A stretch of 64,000 nt of DNA from a bacterium BMS3Abin08 (GTDB lineage: Bacteria; Nitrospirota; Thermodesulfovibrionia; Thermodesulfovibrionales; JdFR-85), in assembly GCA_002897935.1 (NCBI GenBank), contig BDTA01000081.1, positions 2,224 to 66,223 of the forward strand, given 5' to 3'. Shown piece by piece: positions 11,303-21,166 of the stretch. Position numbers and translations under genes: made by a program. The notes under the pieces are model-generated. The model did not search any database. It saw nothing but the letters and a program-made list of their open reading frames with translations, and was not told the origin of the DNA. Each line of letters begins with the position of its first letter. Within the stretch, counting starts at the first letter, position 1.

Positions 11303-12337
11303 ATGAGTTTAAAGACAATAGGCTTTCAATTTCCTCAAGAGATAGCCTTTGAAGAGGAAACCCTCACGGACACATACGGGAAACTGACCGTTGAGCCCTT
11401 TGAGCGTGGATATGGAACAACCATTGGAAATTCCCTCCGAAGGGTGTTGCTGTCTTCCATTGAAGGCGCTGCAATAATCCAGGTAAAGCTGCCGGGTGTG
11501 CTCCATGAATTCCAGGCCATAAAGGGGGTTCAAGAGGATATGGTCGATATAATCCTGAACCTGAAGAAGATAAGATTCAAGATGGATGGGGATTCAACGC
11601 GTATTGCCAGGATTGATATAACCGGTCCAAAGAAGGTCTCCGGAGCTGATATTCAGTGCGAAGCAAATCTCGATGTTCTGACCCTGGATCTGCCTGTTGC
11701 CACAGTTGACAAGGGCGCCGAGTTCCATGCGGAGTTATATGTGAATAGGGGCAGGGGCTATGTCTCATCAGAAATGAATAAGGATAAAAACCAGTCGATA
11801 GACATAGTCTCGGTCGATGCCCTCTTCAGTCCAATCAGGAAGGTGAACTTCCGGGTTGAGAAGGCAAGGGTTGGTAGGGCAACAGATTATGACAGGCTTG
11901 TTTTTGAGCTATGGACCGACGGAAGTATTACACCCCCCAAGGCAATTACTAAGGCGGCAGGTATACTTATAGAGTACCTTGATCTCTTTGTATTTGATGA
12001 AATCGAGGAGGAGATGGCGGACCCCGAGGAGTCGGGGGATGGTACATATACCATTGACGATTCAGAGTTTAACGAGAATCTTCTCAAGTCGGTAGATGAG
12101 CTTGAGCTTTCAGTAAGGTCATACAACTGTCTTAAGAACGCTAACATAAGGATTCTGGCGGATCTTGTCCAGAGGAGTGAACATGATATGCTTAAGACAA
12201 AAAACTTTGGAAGGAAATCCCTTAACGAGATAAAGGAAATCCTTCACAGGATGGGGCTCGGTTTTGCGATGAAGATTGACCCTGAAGCTCTTGAGAAGTA
12301 TAAGACTGAAGGAGGTGCTGAAAAGAATGCGTCATAG
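11303..12337 (+). CDS. rpoA: DNA-directed RNA polymerase alpha subunit
   Basis: GYGTTIGNSLRRVLLSSIEGAAI, C-terminal ELSVRSYNCLKNANI. ATG at 11303 follows GGGAGG (track start 11291 is TTG). Confidence 0.96.
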   Translation: MSLKTIGFQFPQEIAFEEETLTDTYGKLTVEPFERGYGTTIGNSLRRVLLSSIEGAAIIQVKLPGVLHEFQAIKGVQEDMVDIILNLKKIRFKMDGDSTRIARIDITGPKKVSGADIQCEANLDVLTLDLPVATVDKGAEFHAELYVNRGRGYVSSEMNKDKNQSIDIVSVDALFSPIRKVNFRVEKARVGRATDYDRLVFELWTDGSITPPKAITKAAGILIEYLDLFVFDEIEEEMADPEESGDGTYTIDDSEFNENLLKSVDELELSVRSYNCLKNANIRILADLVQRSEHDMLKTKNFGRKSLNEIKEILHRMGLGFAMKIDPEALEKYKTEGGAEKNAS

Positions 12338-12734
12338 GGTAAAGAGGAAACATTTCGGCAGGACCGCCAACCAGAGAAAGGCCCTTTTCAGGAATCTCAT
12401 GGTGAATCTTTTTCTCCATGAACGTATCGAGACCACCGTGGCAAAGGCCAAGGCGGTCAGAAGGCTTGCAGAAAAGGTGGTTACTCTTGGTAAAAAGGAT
12501 GATTTGCATTCAAAGAGACTTGCCCTTTCTCGCGTTCCAAACCGCACTGCCGTTGCCAAGCTGTTCTCAGAGATAGCCCCGAGATTCAAGGAACGAAACG
12601 GCGGTTATTTGAGGGTTATCAAGTCAAGGACGAGACTTAAGGATCAGGCACCGCTGGCAGTGCTTGAGTTTGTCGACTATGAGCAGAGGCGCCAGGCTGC
12701 AGGGGGCTCAAAGAAATCCAAGAAAAAGGATTAA
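12327..12734 (+). CDS. rplQ: 50S ribosomal protein L17
   Basis: MRHRVKRKHFGRTANQRKALFRNLMVNLFLHERIETT. ATG at 12327 follows GAAGGAGG. The track ORF start at 12276 is inside rpoA. Confidence 0.95.
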   Translation: MRHRVKRKHFGRTANQRKALFRNLMVNLFLHERIETTVAKAKAVRRLAEKVVTLGKKDDLHSKRLALSRVPNRTAVAKLFSEIAPRFKERNGGYLRVIKSRTRLKDQAPLAVLEFVDYEQRRQAAGGSKKSKKKD

Positions 12735-12737
12735 ACA

Positions 12738-12827
12738 ATGGCGGATATCCTTATCCTGATATTTATAGCCCTCTTCTGGGTTCTTCTGCAGACGGTTGTG
12801 CTCCCAAGGCTCGGGATTCCCACGTGA
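12738..12827 (+). CDS. possible 29-aa hydrophobic small ORF ending at TGA (speculative)
   Basis: AAGGA 7 nt upstream of ATG. MADILILIFIALFWVLLQTVVLPRLGIPT then TGA. Reading through would continue to a TAG at 12897..12899. No homology recognised. Confidence 0.25.
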   Translation: MADILILIFIALFWVLLQTVVLPRLGIPT

Positions 12828-12920
12828 GCTGCTGATCCTAAGGGGACGTGTTCTCCGCCGAAGAGCTCCGTAAGCAAAAAAGAGGGCAATGAGGAATAGT
12901 TCTTGGAATGCAGTTCGGTA

Positions 12921-13319
12921 TCAGGAGGGCCCGGTATTGGATTTGCTCCTGAGCAGACGCGGCAGGTCCTCGACCTCTCTGATCCCGGGAAGACAGAGGG
13001 TGGCCAGCCTTTTTCTGAAGATGTCATAGCCTTCATGGTGGCCCTTAAGGTTGGAACGGATCTTGCTTGAAAGCATTTCGCCCCTTTGATCCCAGTCGGT
13101 AAGGATGATAAACCTGTCGTGCCTTGAGAGTATTTCCTCACAGAAGTCGTATATGCTTTTTCCGCAATGAACCACTATTACAGCTCCCTCTATACCGAGT
13201 TCCCTGAGTGCCTCTCTGTCGCGTTTACCCTCGACTATTACGGGGATTTCCTTGTTTGCCTCTTTTAAATCCCGAAGAAGATCAAGTATCTTTTTTATCC
13301 TCTCTGAATTCGTGTCCAT
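12921..13319 (-). CDS. small Toprim-domain protein (COG1658 / UPF0292-like)
   Basis: 132 aa. VIVEGKRDREALRELGI (Toprim E and G) and FIILTDWDQRGE (DxD) motifs. Confidence 0.7.
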   Translation of the reverse strand: MDTNSERIKKILDLLRDLKEANKEIPVIVEGKRDREALRELGIEGAVIVVHCGKSIYDFCEEILSRHDRFIILTDWDQRGEMLSSKIRSNLKGHHEGYDIFRKRLATLCLPGIREVEDLPRLLRSKSNTGPS

Positions 13320-13327
13320 AAGGCTAT

Positions 13328-13447
13328 TGTCGTGTCAACCTTCGTAATGTCGGGGTGTTTGAATTGTCATTCCCGCTGCGTCGGGAATCATACTCCTCTT
13401 AGATTCCGGACAAGCCGGAATGACAATTGAGAGTCGACGCGACACTA
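13328..13447. mobile_element. family D MITE-like element, copy 1 (about 120 bp)
   Basis: Termini tgtcgtgtcaacc ... gtcgacgcgacacta are imperfect inverted repeats. Interior holds the hairpins attcccgctgcgtcgggaat and attccggacaagccggaat. Confidence 0.8.
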
Positions 13448-13551
13448 TCAGGCCGGCGGTTTTTTTGAGTTTTGCAACAACCCGGCGATTCCTTCAGATA
13501 TTGCGCTCTTTTTTGGGGGATGATCCTTGAAAATCCAACAAACGATGCTAA

Positions 13552-13670
13552 TGTCGTGTCAACCTTGTAATGTCGGGGTGTTTGAATTGTCATTCCCGCT
13601 ACGTCGGGAATCATACTCCTCTTAGATTCCGGACAAGCCGGAATGACAATCGAGAGTTGACGCGACACTA
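13552..13670. mobile_element. family D MITE-like element, copy 2 (direct orientation)
   Basis: Near-identical to 13328..13447 with a few substitutions and a 1-nt indel. Separated from it by about 104 bp of unique sequence. Confidence 0.8.
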
Positions 13671-13741
13671 TGGACTTTTTACGAGTCCATCATTCTTGTT
13701 CTGTTGCAAGTTGCAATAAAAGACCCCGGCTCTGGATGCTC

Positions 13742-14722
13742 TTAACCCTGTTCCGTACCGGAGCGGACACCTATCCTGAGAAGCTTTTCGTAACGCTCTT
13801 TCAGGAGGACATCAAGGGGGATGCCTTGCAGGTCCTTGAGGGTCTTGAGAAGCGTATCCTTGATATTCTCAGCTGTCTTCTCGGGTCTTATGTGTGCCCC
13901 GCCCATCGGCTCGGGAACTATACCGTCGATGATCTTCATATCAAAGAGGTCCCTGGCGGTAAGCCTGAGTGATTCAGCTGCACGGGAATATTCTTTGGCG
14001 CCAAGCTTACTGTTCTTATTCCAGAGGATAGCGGCACATCCCTCGGGGGATATAACTGAATAGACGGAGTTTTCAAGCATAAAGAGCCTGTCGGCAACTG
14101 AGAGGGCAAGAGCCCCTCCACTGCCCCCCTCACCAATCACGATGGAGACTATTTGTGTCCTCATCAGAGACATCTCCATGAGGTTTGTGGCTATGGCCAC
14201 TGCCTGGCCCCTTTCTTCAGCGCCGATCCCTGGAAAGGCACCGGGAGTATCAATAAATGTAAGGATTGGAAGCTTGAATCTTACACCAAGGTTCATAAGC
14301 CTTAATGCCTTCCTGTAGCCCTCGGGGTGGGGCTGGCCGAAATTGCGGACTATTCTTTCCTTCGTGCCCCTTCCCTTCTGGTGACCTATTATCACAAGAC
14401 GTGTGTCTGATATGCTGCCGATCCCGCCGATAATAGCCTTGTCATCGGAGAACTTCCTGTCGCCGTGGAGTTCAATGAAATCGTCTGTTAAGAGTCTGAT
14501 ATAGTCCGAGGTGTAGGGCCTGTCGGGATGACGCGCAATCAGGGTTCTCTGCCAGGGGGTCAGGCGTGAGAAGATATGTTTCCGCAATTCCCCGGCCTTC
14601 TGTTCGAGCCTCTGAAGTTCACTGTTTGTACCGTGAACGCTGCCGTTACTCAGGCGTTTCAGTTCCTCGATCTTCAAATCGAGTTCCTGTACCGGTTTTT
14701 CAAAATCAAGATAGTATCGCAT
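13742..14722 (-). CDS. accA: acetyl-CoA carboxylase carboxyltransferase alpha subunit
   Basis: [24 protein letters not shown]..., [30 protein letters not shown]. Confidence 0.95.
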   Translation of the reverse strand: MRYYLDFEKPVQELDLKIEELKRLSNGSVHGTNSELQRLEQKAGELRKHIFSRLTPWQRTLIARHPDRPYTSDYIRLLTDDFIELHGDRKFSDDKAIIGGIGSISDTRLVIIGHQKGRGTKERIVRNFGQPHPEGYRKALRLMNLGVRFKLPILTFIDTPGAFPGIGAEERGQAVAIATNLMEMSLMRTQIVSIVIGEGGSGGALALSVADRLFMLENSVYSVISPEGCAAILWNKNSKLGAKEYSRAAESLRLTARDLFDMKIIDGIVPEPMGGAHIRPEKTAENIKDTLLKTLKDLQGIPLDVLLKERYEKLLRIGVRSGTEQG

Positions 14723-14736
14723 ACTGAAACAGGTGC

Positions 14737-17700
14737 TTAAGACGTGGTGTTGCTGAGGGCCTTCCTGTATTTTACCCCGTTGTTCTGTATCAAAAACAAG
14801 GACTCTTCTCCTACAAGTTCACTCAACCTGTCAATTATACCAAAATCAGGTGTAATATTATGCTCTGTCAGGATGACGGTTTCCGAGTCATGGCCCTGCA
14901 GCCTTATGTAGACGGGACAACTGCCCTGTGCGCCGTCGAAAGTACCCTTGAGGCTGCTGAGAAGACCGTCCTCTATCCTGTCTTCTCCGAGTTTAAGTTC
15001 CAGCCTGAAATTGCCCTTAATGAATGCATCCTCAATAGTTGTTATTTCCCTTGCAAGGACCTTTATCCCCTTTTCACTCTTGTCGGTAACCCCGAAAAGG
15101 AGTATCAGGTTGTTTTTGACAAGGATGTCGGAGCTGTTGCGATAGACATCGGGAAAGGCAATACATTCGACGGGGCCCGTTTCATCCTCTATTATAAGGG
15201 CTGCCATCGGCTCGGATTTCCCCTTTGTGAGGGTGCGTTTGAGCACGGTTATTATACCTGATATTATGACGTTGGCATGATCATCGAGGAGTTCGAGGTT
15301 GGTGATACTCTGAGTCCCGATAATCCCGAGATATTTCTTGAACCGCTCAATGGGATGTCCCGTGATATAGAACCCAAGGGTCTCCTTTTCTGCATTCAGC
15401 AGTTCTTCTTCTGTCCAGGGGGTCACACCCTCATCATGGGATGACTGCTCAAAAAAACTCTGCTGTCCGAACAGTGACATCCTGTTACGGCTATCGATGA
15501 GGTTCGTTATCATCTCCATTGCAACGGCCCTGATCTTCGGTGTTGAATCGGTTCTCTCCTTACCATCCTTGTCTTGCTGCACAATGGTGTCAAGCGTACC
15601 TGCCTTTACAAGGGACTCGATGACCTTCTTGTTGACCTTCCTGGTATCTACCCGCTTCACAAAGTCCTCGATGGAGTTAAACATACCCTCCTGCCGGGCT
15701 TCGAGGATTTGCTGCACTGCTGCTCCACCCACCCCCTTTACCGCATCGAGACCAAAACGGATTGAGTTGCCGACGACTGTGAACTCGCGATTGCTGAGGT
15801 TTATATCCGGGGGGAGAATATCGATATTCATCGAACGGCAATCATTGATGAACTTGACGATCTTGTCCGTGGATTCCTCTTCCGAGAGGTTTGCCGCCAT
15901 AAACTCCACGGGGAAATGGGTCTTGAGATATGCAGTCTGATAGGCCAGAAAAGCATAGGCCGCAGAGTGTGACTTGTTGAACCCGTACTTTGCGAAGTAT
16001 TCCATGGTCTCGAAGATCTTTATCGCCTTCTGCTCAGGGATGCCGTTACCGACCGACCCCTTTACAAATTCATCCCTGAGCTTCTCCATCTGGTCCATCT
16101 GTTTCTTTCCCATAGCCTTTCTCAGGATATCGGCCTGTCCCATGGAAAATCCCGCCAGCTTGTTTGCGATTCGCATTACCTGTTCCTGGTATAGTATGGT
16201 GCCGTAGGTCTCATCGAGGATATCCTTCAACTGGGGGACCTCGTAGGTTACTTTTTCTTCTCCCTTTTTCCGTTTTATAAAGTCTATATCCATTCCACTG
16301 CCGAGTGGACCGGGCCGGTAAAGCGCAACAAGGGCGATAAGATCCTCAAACCTGTTGGGCTGGAGTTTTACAAGGAGGTCTTTCATGCCGGAGCTCTCAA
16401 GCTGAAATACACCCGTGGTGTTTCCGGAGGATAGGAGGTTATAGCTCTTGCCGTCGTCGAGTGGGATTGTTTTGATATCGATATCCTTTCCCGAAGCCTT
16501 GAGGTATTTCAGGGTTTTTTCGATCACGGTGAGTGTTTTCAGCCCGAGAAAGTCAAACTTGAGCAGGCCCATCGTCTCAACGGACTTCATGTCAAACTGG
16601 GTAATGATCGTTTCTTCAGAGGGGTTCTTGTATAGGGGGGTGTAGTCTGTAAGGGGAGTGGGGGAGATAACAACCCCCGCAGCATGTGTGGAGGCATGTC
16701 GTGACAGACCCTCAAGCCTCTTGGCAATGTCGATGAGTTCTTTTATGGCCGGGTTGGTATCGTACAGCTCCTTCAGCTTGGGTTCGGCTTTGAGCGCATC
16801 ATGAATCTTGACGTTTATTCCACCCGGAACGAGTTTGGCTATCCTGTCCACTTCGGCGTAGGGGATGTCCATTGCACGGCCGACATCACGGATGACGGCC
16901 CGGGCAGCCATTGTTCCGAAGGTAATTATCTGGGCAACCTGGTCAGCGCCGTATTTCCCGGCAACATAGCTTATGACCTCACCCCGCCTGTCCTTGCAGA
17001 AGTCTACATCTATATCGGGCATGCTGATGCGTTCCGGATTCAGGAACCGCTCAAAAAGGAGGTTGTACCTGATCGGATCGATCTCCGTGATATCGAGGCT
17101 GTATGCTACGAGGCTTCCTGCGGCCGAGCCCCTGCCGGGCCCAACGGGAATCCCCCTCCGACGTGCATAGTTGATGAAATCCCATACGATCAGAAAATAG
17201 GAGGCAAACCCCATGTTCCTGATCACATCGATCTCATAGCTGAGTCTTTCCATGTAGGCCCCCGGCGGGGTAGCGGCGCCGAACTTTTCCCTGAGTCCCT
17301 CTGCTGCAAGCCTCTGGAGATACTCCTCGGGGGGCGTCCCGTCTTCAATTTCAAATCTTGGGAGCATGGTTCTTCCAAGCTGGAAATCAAGGTTGCATCT
17401 TTCAGCGATCTCTCTCGTGTTTAGGATTGCCTCCGGTATCTCCGAGAATGCTCTCTTCATCTCTTCAGGACTCTTGAAAAAGAGCTGGTCGGTTTCAAAC
17501 CTCATCCGTTCCTTGGTGTTTATAGTCTTTCCCGTCTGTATACAGAGGAGTATGTCGTGTGCACGGGAGTCCTCCTTTGTCAGGTAGTGGCAGTCATTGG
17601 TGGCGACAAGTCCGATATGGAGTTCCCTGGAGAGGTCGCAGAGTTTCCTGTTTACCTCATACTGTGCTTTAAGCCCGTTGTCCTGGAGCTCGAGAAAGAA

Positions 17701-18219
17701 GTTCTCAGGCCCGAGTATCTCTTTATATCTCAATGCCGCCTTACGTGCCCTATCGGTATTGCCCCTTGACAGATGATAAGGGATCTCGCCATGCAGACAG
17801 GAACTGAGCCCGATCAGACCGCCGCTGAACTGCTCAAGAAGATCGTGGTCTATCCGGGGCTTATAATAAAACCCCTCCAGATATGACCGGCTGACCAGTG
17901 TAACCAGATTGCGGTAGCCATCGTGGTTTCTTGCCAGAAGGACAAGGTGAAAGGCGGTTTCTCCATCGGGGCTCTGTTGCTTTTTTAACCTGCTCTCTGG
18001 TGCTACATAGACCTCGCATCCTATTATCGGTTTCAGCCCGGCCTTTGTAGCGGCCTTGTAAAATTTTACCGTACCGAACAGGTTCCCATGATCAGTGATG
18101 GCCACGGCAGGCATCCTGAATTCTGATGCTTTTTCAATAACTTCCGCTATCTTGATAGCACCGTCAAGGAGACTGTATTCGGTATGTAAATGCAGGGGGA
18201 CAAAGTCGGAATGCTTCAT
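14737..18219 (-). CDS. dnaE: DNA polymerase III alpha subunit
   Basis: 1160 aa. PHP domain [28 protein letters not shown], polymerase core [26 protein letters not shown]. Confidence 0.97.
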   Translation of the reverse strand: MKHSDFVPLHLHTEYSLLDGAIKIAEVIEKASEFRMPAVAITDHGNLFGTVKFYKAATKAGLKPIIGCEVYVAPESRLKKQQSPDGETAFHLVLLARNHDGYRNLVTLVSRSYLEGFYYKPRIDHDLLEQFSGGLIGLSSCLHGEIPYHLSRGNTDRARKAALRYKEILGPENFFLELQDNGLKAQYEVNRKLCDLSRELHIGLVATNDCHYLTKEDSRAHDILLCIQTGKTINTKERMRFETDQLFFKSPEEMKRAFSEIPEAILNTREIAERCNLDFQLGRTMLPRFEIEDGTPPEEYLQRLAAEGLREKFGAATPPGAYMERLSYEIDVIRNMGFASYFLIVWDFINYARRRGIPVGPGRGSAAGSLVAYSLDITEIDPIRYNLLFERFLNPERISMPDIDVDFCKDRRGEVISYVAGKYGADQVAQIITFGTMAARAVIRDVGRAMDIPYAEVDRIAKLVPGGINVKIHDALKAEPKLKELYDTNPAIKELIDIAKRLEGLSRHASTHAAGVVISPTPLTDYTPLYKNPSEETIITQFDMKSVETMGLLKFDFLGLKTLTVIEKTLKYLKASGKDIDIKTIPLDDGKSYNLLSSGNTTGVFQLESSGMKDLLVKLQPNRFEDLIALVALYRPGPLGSGMDIDFIKRKKGEEKVTYEVPQLKDILDETYGTILYQEQVMRIANKLAGFSMGQADILRKAMGKKQMDQMEKLRDEFVKGSVGNGIPEQKAIKIFETMEYFAKYGFNKSHSAAYAFLAYQTAYLKTHFPVEFMAANLSEEESTDKIVKFINDCRSMNIDILPPDINLSNREFTVVGNSIRFGLDAVKGVGGAAVQQILEARQEGMFNSIEDFVKRVDTRKVNKKVIESLVKAGTLDTIVQQDKDGKERTDSTPKIRAVAMEMITNLIDSRNRMSLFGQQSFFEQSSHDEGVTPWTEEELLNAEKETLGFYITGHPIERFKKYLGIIGTQSITNLELLDDHANVIISGIITVLKRTLTKGKSEPMAALIIEDETGPVECIAFPDVYRNSSDILVKNNLILLFGVTDKSEKGIKVLAREITTIEDAFIKGNFRLELKLGEDRIEDGLLSSLKGTFDGAQGSCPVYIRLQGHDSETVILTEHNITPDFGIIDRLSELVGEESLFLIQNNGVKYRKALSNTTS

Positions 18220-18242
18220 AACTTAATATTAACCGCAAACCG

Positions 18243-18372
18243 CCCTCCAAGTCAATCGGCTTCATCCTCCCGGTGAAGCATAACGATTGTTTGGAAACCG
18301 CTCAAAGCCATTGCCCGCCTGTCCTCAATTTGACCCACGACTCAAACGGAGGATTCGGGAGTACGGGACTAA
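18243..18372. repeat. family C structured repeat, degenerate copy
   Basis: caatcggcttcatcctcccggtgaagc...ggaaaccgctcaaagccattgcccgcctgtcctcaatttgacccacgactcaaacgg aligns by eye with 48938..49037. Confidence 0.65.
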
Positions 18373-18463
18373 CTTTAATACGTGAAGATAGGTTAAAATA
18401 TCAGTCTCAAATTTGCTCCTAAATACGGTGCGATGGACCTTTTGCGACGCCATCATTAATGTT

Positions 18464-19195
18464 ATGGAAGAAAGGATACAGAAGATACTCTCAAAGGCGG
18501 GGATAGCCTCAAGACGCAAGGCCGAGGAGATCATCAGGGAAGGCCGTGTCGAGGTAAACGGCGGTGTAGTTACCCTTGGTATGAAAGCAGACCCGGAAAG
18601 GGACTACATCAGGGTCGACGGCAGGCTGGTTATCAAGCCTGAGCCAAAGACATACCTTATGCTGAACAAGCCAAAGGGGGTGCTTACCACATTGGAGGAC
18701 CCCGAGGGAAGGCTGACCATCAGGGAGTTTCTGAGGGGCGTCAAGCTCAGGGTCTATCCCGTAGGAAGGCTTGACTTTCACTCTGAGGGGCTCTTGCTCA
18801 TTACAAACGACGGTGAGCTTGCCTTCAGGATTATCCATCCATCCCATAAGATTCCGAAGACCTACCTTGTGAAGTCAAAGGGAATAATTGAGGAAGAGGA
18901 CCTGGATAAAGTCCGCAGAGGCATCATGCTGGAGGATGCACTTACGGCCCCGGCACGTATAAAGAGGATCAGGATATCCGGGACAGAGAGGAACTCCTGG
19001 CTGGAGGTGACCATATATGAGGGCAGAAAGAGGCAGATAAGGAGGATGTTTCAGGGGGTGGGACATCCTGTCCTGAAGCTCAAAAGGATAAGGATTGATG
19101 GAATATTCCTTGGGGACCTTCCGGCAGGACATTGGCGGTACCTCACCCCGGAAGAGGTAAAAAGACTGAAGAAAAGTGTTAAACTAAACGGTTGA
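18464..19195 (+). CDS. rluB: 23S rRNA pseudouridine synthase, RsuA/RluB family
   Basis: S4 domain MEERIQKILSKAGIASRRKAEEIIREGRVEVNG, catalytic GRLDFHSEGLLLITNDG. ATG at 18464 preferred to track start 18413. Confidence 0.88.
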   Translation: MEERIQKILSKAGIASRRKAEEIIREGRVEVNGGVVTLGMKADPERDYIRVDGRLVIKPEPKTYLMLNKPKGVLTTLEDPEGRLTIREFLRGVKLRVYPVGRLDFHSEGLLLITNDGELAFRIIHPSHKIPKTYLVKSKGIIEEEDLDKVRRGIMLEDALTAPARIKRIRISGTERNSWLEVTIYEGRKRQIRRMFQGVGHPVLKLKRIRIDGIFLGDLPAGHWRYLTPEEVKRLKKSVKLNG

Positions 19196-19258
19196 TTCCG
19201 GACAGTGTACGGGTTGGACATGCCGGACGCTACAGACGTTTGAACTTGACGGGCTGTT

Positions 19259-19288
19259 GCCCGAACCATTGAGTGTTCGGCGTTTTTA
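19259..19288 (+). terminator. putative rho-independent terminator after rluB
   Basis: ccgaac-cattgagt-gttcgg stem-loop followed by cgttttta. Confidence 0.5.
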
Positions 19289-19378
19289 TCCGGTTAAACA
19301 GATGAATCAGAGGAGGCGACGGTTTGTTCGCTTGCCGGTAACCCTGCCGACCCGAAAAATTTGGAGGTATAAAAAGGA

Positions 19379-21166
19379 ATGTACAGAGACAGAGGCTGTG
19401 GAGAGGTTGAAGAGTCCGACATCGGAAAGGAGAGGATTCTTTCAGGATGGGTCTTCAGGTGGAGGGACCACGGTGGACTTATCTTTATTGATTTGCGGGA
19501 CAGGAGCGGTATTATCCAGGTTGTCTTCAGTCCCGATGTTTCAAAAGAGGCCCACGAACTCGCCCATGCACTCCGTTCCGAGTATGTGATAAAGATAAGG
19601 GGAGAGGTTAGAAGGAGGCCGGAAGGGACGGAAAACCCCGATATGAGCACCGGGAATATCGAGGTCTATGCCGGCAGCCTTGAAGTGCTCTCAAAATCGG
19701 ACGCTCTGCCTTTTATGCTCGAAGAGACCCATGAGGTTTCCGAGGCGGTAAGGCTTAAGTACAGATACCTCGATCTCAGACGGCCTGAGATGATTCGGAA
19801 TATAAGTACTCGGCACAGGGTGACAAAACTGATACGGGACTACCTTGACAAGAAGGGATTCCTTGAGGTTGAGACCCCTATACTTACGAAGTCGACCCCG
19901 GAAGGCGCAAGGGACTACCTCGTGCCGAGCCGTGTGAATCCGGGGCACTTCTTTGCTCTTCCCCAGTCACCCCAGCTCTTCAAGCAGATACTCATGTGTT
20001 CCGGTATCGAGAGATATTTTCAGATCGTCAGGTGTTTCAGGGATGAGGATCTGAGGGCGGACCGGCAGCCCGAGTTTACCCAGATCGACATGGAGATGTC
20101 CTTTGTTGAGGCGGATGACGTTACAGGGATGGTAGAGGGGATGATCGGGGATGTCTTTAAAGAGGTGCTGGGTGTTGAGATTGAACTCCCCATGGAGAGG
20201 CTTACGTACAGGGATGCGATGGAGAGGTTTGGCACTGACAAGCCGGACCTCAGATTCGGTCTCGAACTTGCCGAGATGGCGGATCTTGCCCGTGAGGGCT
20301 CATTCAAGGTCTTCCTCGGGGCCATCGAGTCAGGGGGACGTGTTAAGGGCCTGTGCGGTAAGGGACTTGCTTGTCTTTCCCGCAAGGAGATCGATCTGCT
20401 TACGGAAGAGGCCCAGTCCTATGGCGCCAAAGGGCTTGCCTGGATAAAGGTGAAGGACGGAGGATTTGATTCCCCGATTGTGAAGTTCTTTTCCGATGGC
20501 CTGCTCAGGGAGATGGCGGACCGCCTTGGCGCCGGGGATGGGGATATGATGCTCTTTGTAGCAGATTCCGAGGACGTTACCCTTGATGTGCTCGGCAGGC
20601 TCAGACTCTCTATCGCAAGGAGGCAGAACCTGATAGGGGATGGTTACAGGTTCTGTTGGGTAGTGGATTATCCCCTTCTTGAATGGGATGACGACGGAGA
20701 GCGGTTTCAGGCGATGCACCATCCCTTTACATCACCCGCCGATGAGGATGTAGAGAGGATGCTTAATGAAGAAATAAACGACAGGACAGGGCTTTCGTCC
20801 CTTAAGGCCAAGGCCTATGATATCGTTCTCAACGGCTACGAAATCGGAGGGGGGAGTATCCGTATTCACAGAGCGGATCTGCAGAGGAGGATGTTTGAAC
20901 TCCTGAGGCTCTCTGAAGAGGAGGCTCAGCAGAAGTTCGGATTCCTTCTCGATGCCTTACGCTTCGGCGCCCCTCCTCACGGCGGCATAGCCCTCGGACT
21001 GGACAGACTGCTAATGATCATGACGGGTGCCGACTCGATAAGGGAGGTGATAGCGTTTCCAAAGACCCAGAAGGCGGTGTGTCTTTTAAGCGGCGCCCCT
21101 TCCCCTGTGGACGGCAAGCAACTCAGGGAGTTATATATCAAGCTGGATCTCCCTGTTGATGACTGA
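19379..21166 (+). CDS. aspS: aspartyl-tRNA synthetase
   Basis: 595 aa. OB-fold LSGWVFRWRDHGGLIFIDLRDRSGIIQVV, class II motifs FRDEDLRADRQPEFTQIDMEMSF and GGGSIRIH, GIALGLDRL. Confidence 0.96.
   Translation: MYRDRGCGEVEESDIGKERILSGWVFRWRDHGGLIFIDLRDRSGIIQVVFSPDVSKEAHELAHALRSEYVIKIRGEVRRRPEGTENPDMSTGNIEVYAGSLEVLSKSDALPFMLEETHEVSEAVRLKYRYLDLRRPEMIRNISTRHRVTKLIRDYLDKKGFLEVETPILTKSTPEGARDYLVPSRVNPGHFFALPQSPQLFKQILMCSGIERYFQIVRCFRDEDLRADRQPEFTQIDMEMSFVEADDVTGMVEGMIGDVFKEVLGVEIELPMERLTYRDAMERFGTDKPDLRFGLELAEMADLAREGSFKVFLGAIESGGRVKGLCGKGLACLSRKEIDLLTEEAQSYGAKGLAWIKVKDGGFDSPIVKFFSDGLLREMADRLGAGDGDMMLFVADSEDVTLDVLGRLRLSIARRQNLIGDGYRFCWVVDYPLLEWDDDGERFQAMHHPFTSPADEDVERMLNEEINDRTGLSSLKAKAYDIVLNGYEIGGGSIRIHRADLQRRMFELLRLSEEEAQQKFGFLLDALRFGAPPHGGIALGLDRLLMIMTGADSIREVIAFPKTQKAVCLLSGAPSPVDGKQLRELYIKLDLPVDD

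Noticed and set aside
13399-13668. 89-aa ORF spanning both family D repeats
   Set aside because: The sequence derives from hairpin modules (VIPACPES, CHSGLSGI). The two halves are repeat copies rather than a gene.
13320-13680. Possible CRISPR array, considered for all repeat clusters (13.3, 38.1, 48.2, 51.6, 55.7 and 61.2 kb)
   Set aside because: There is no constant-length direct repeat alternating with unique spacers. The units are inverted-repeat hairpins of differing types and spacing, and no cas genes are present.
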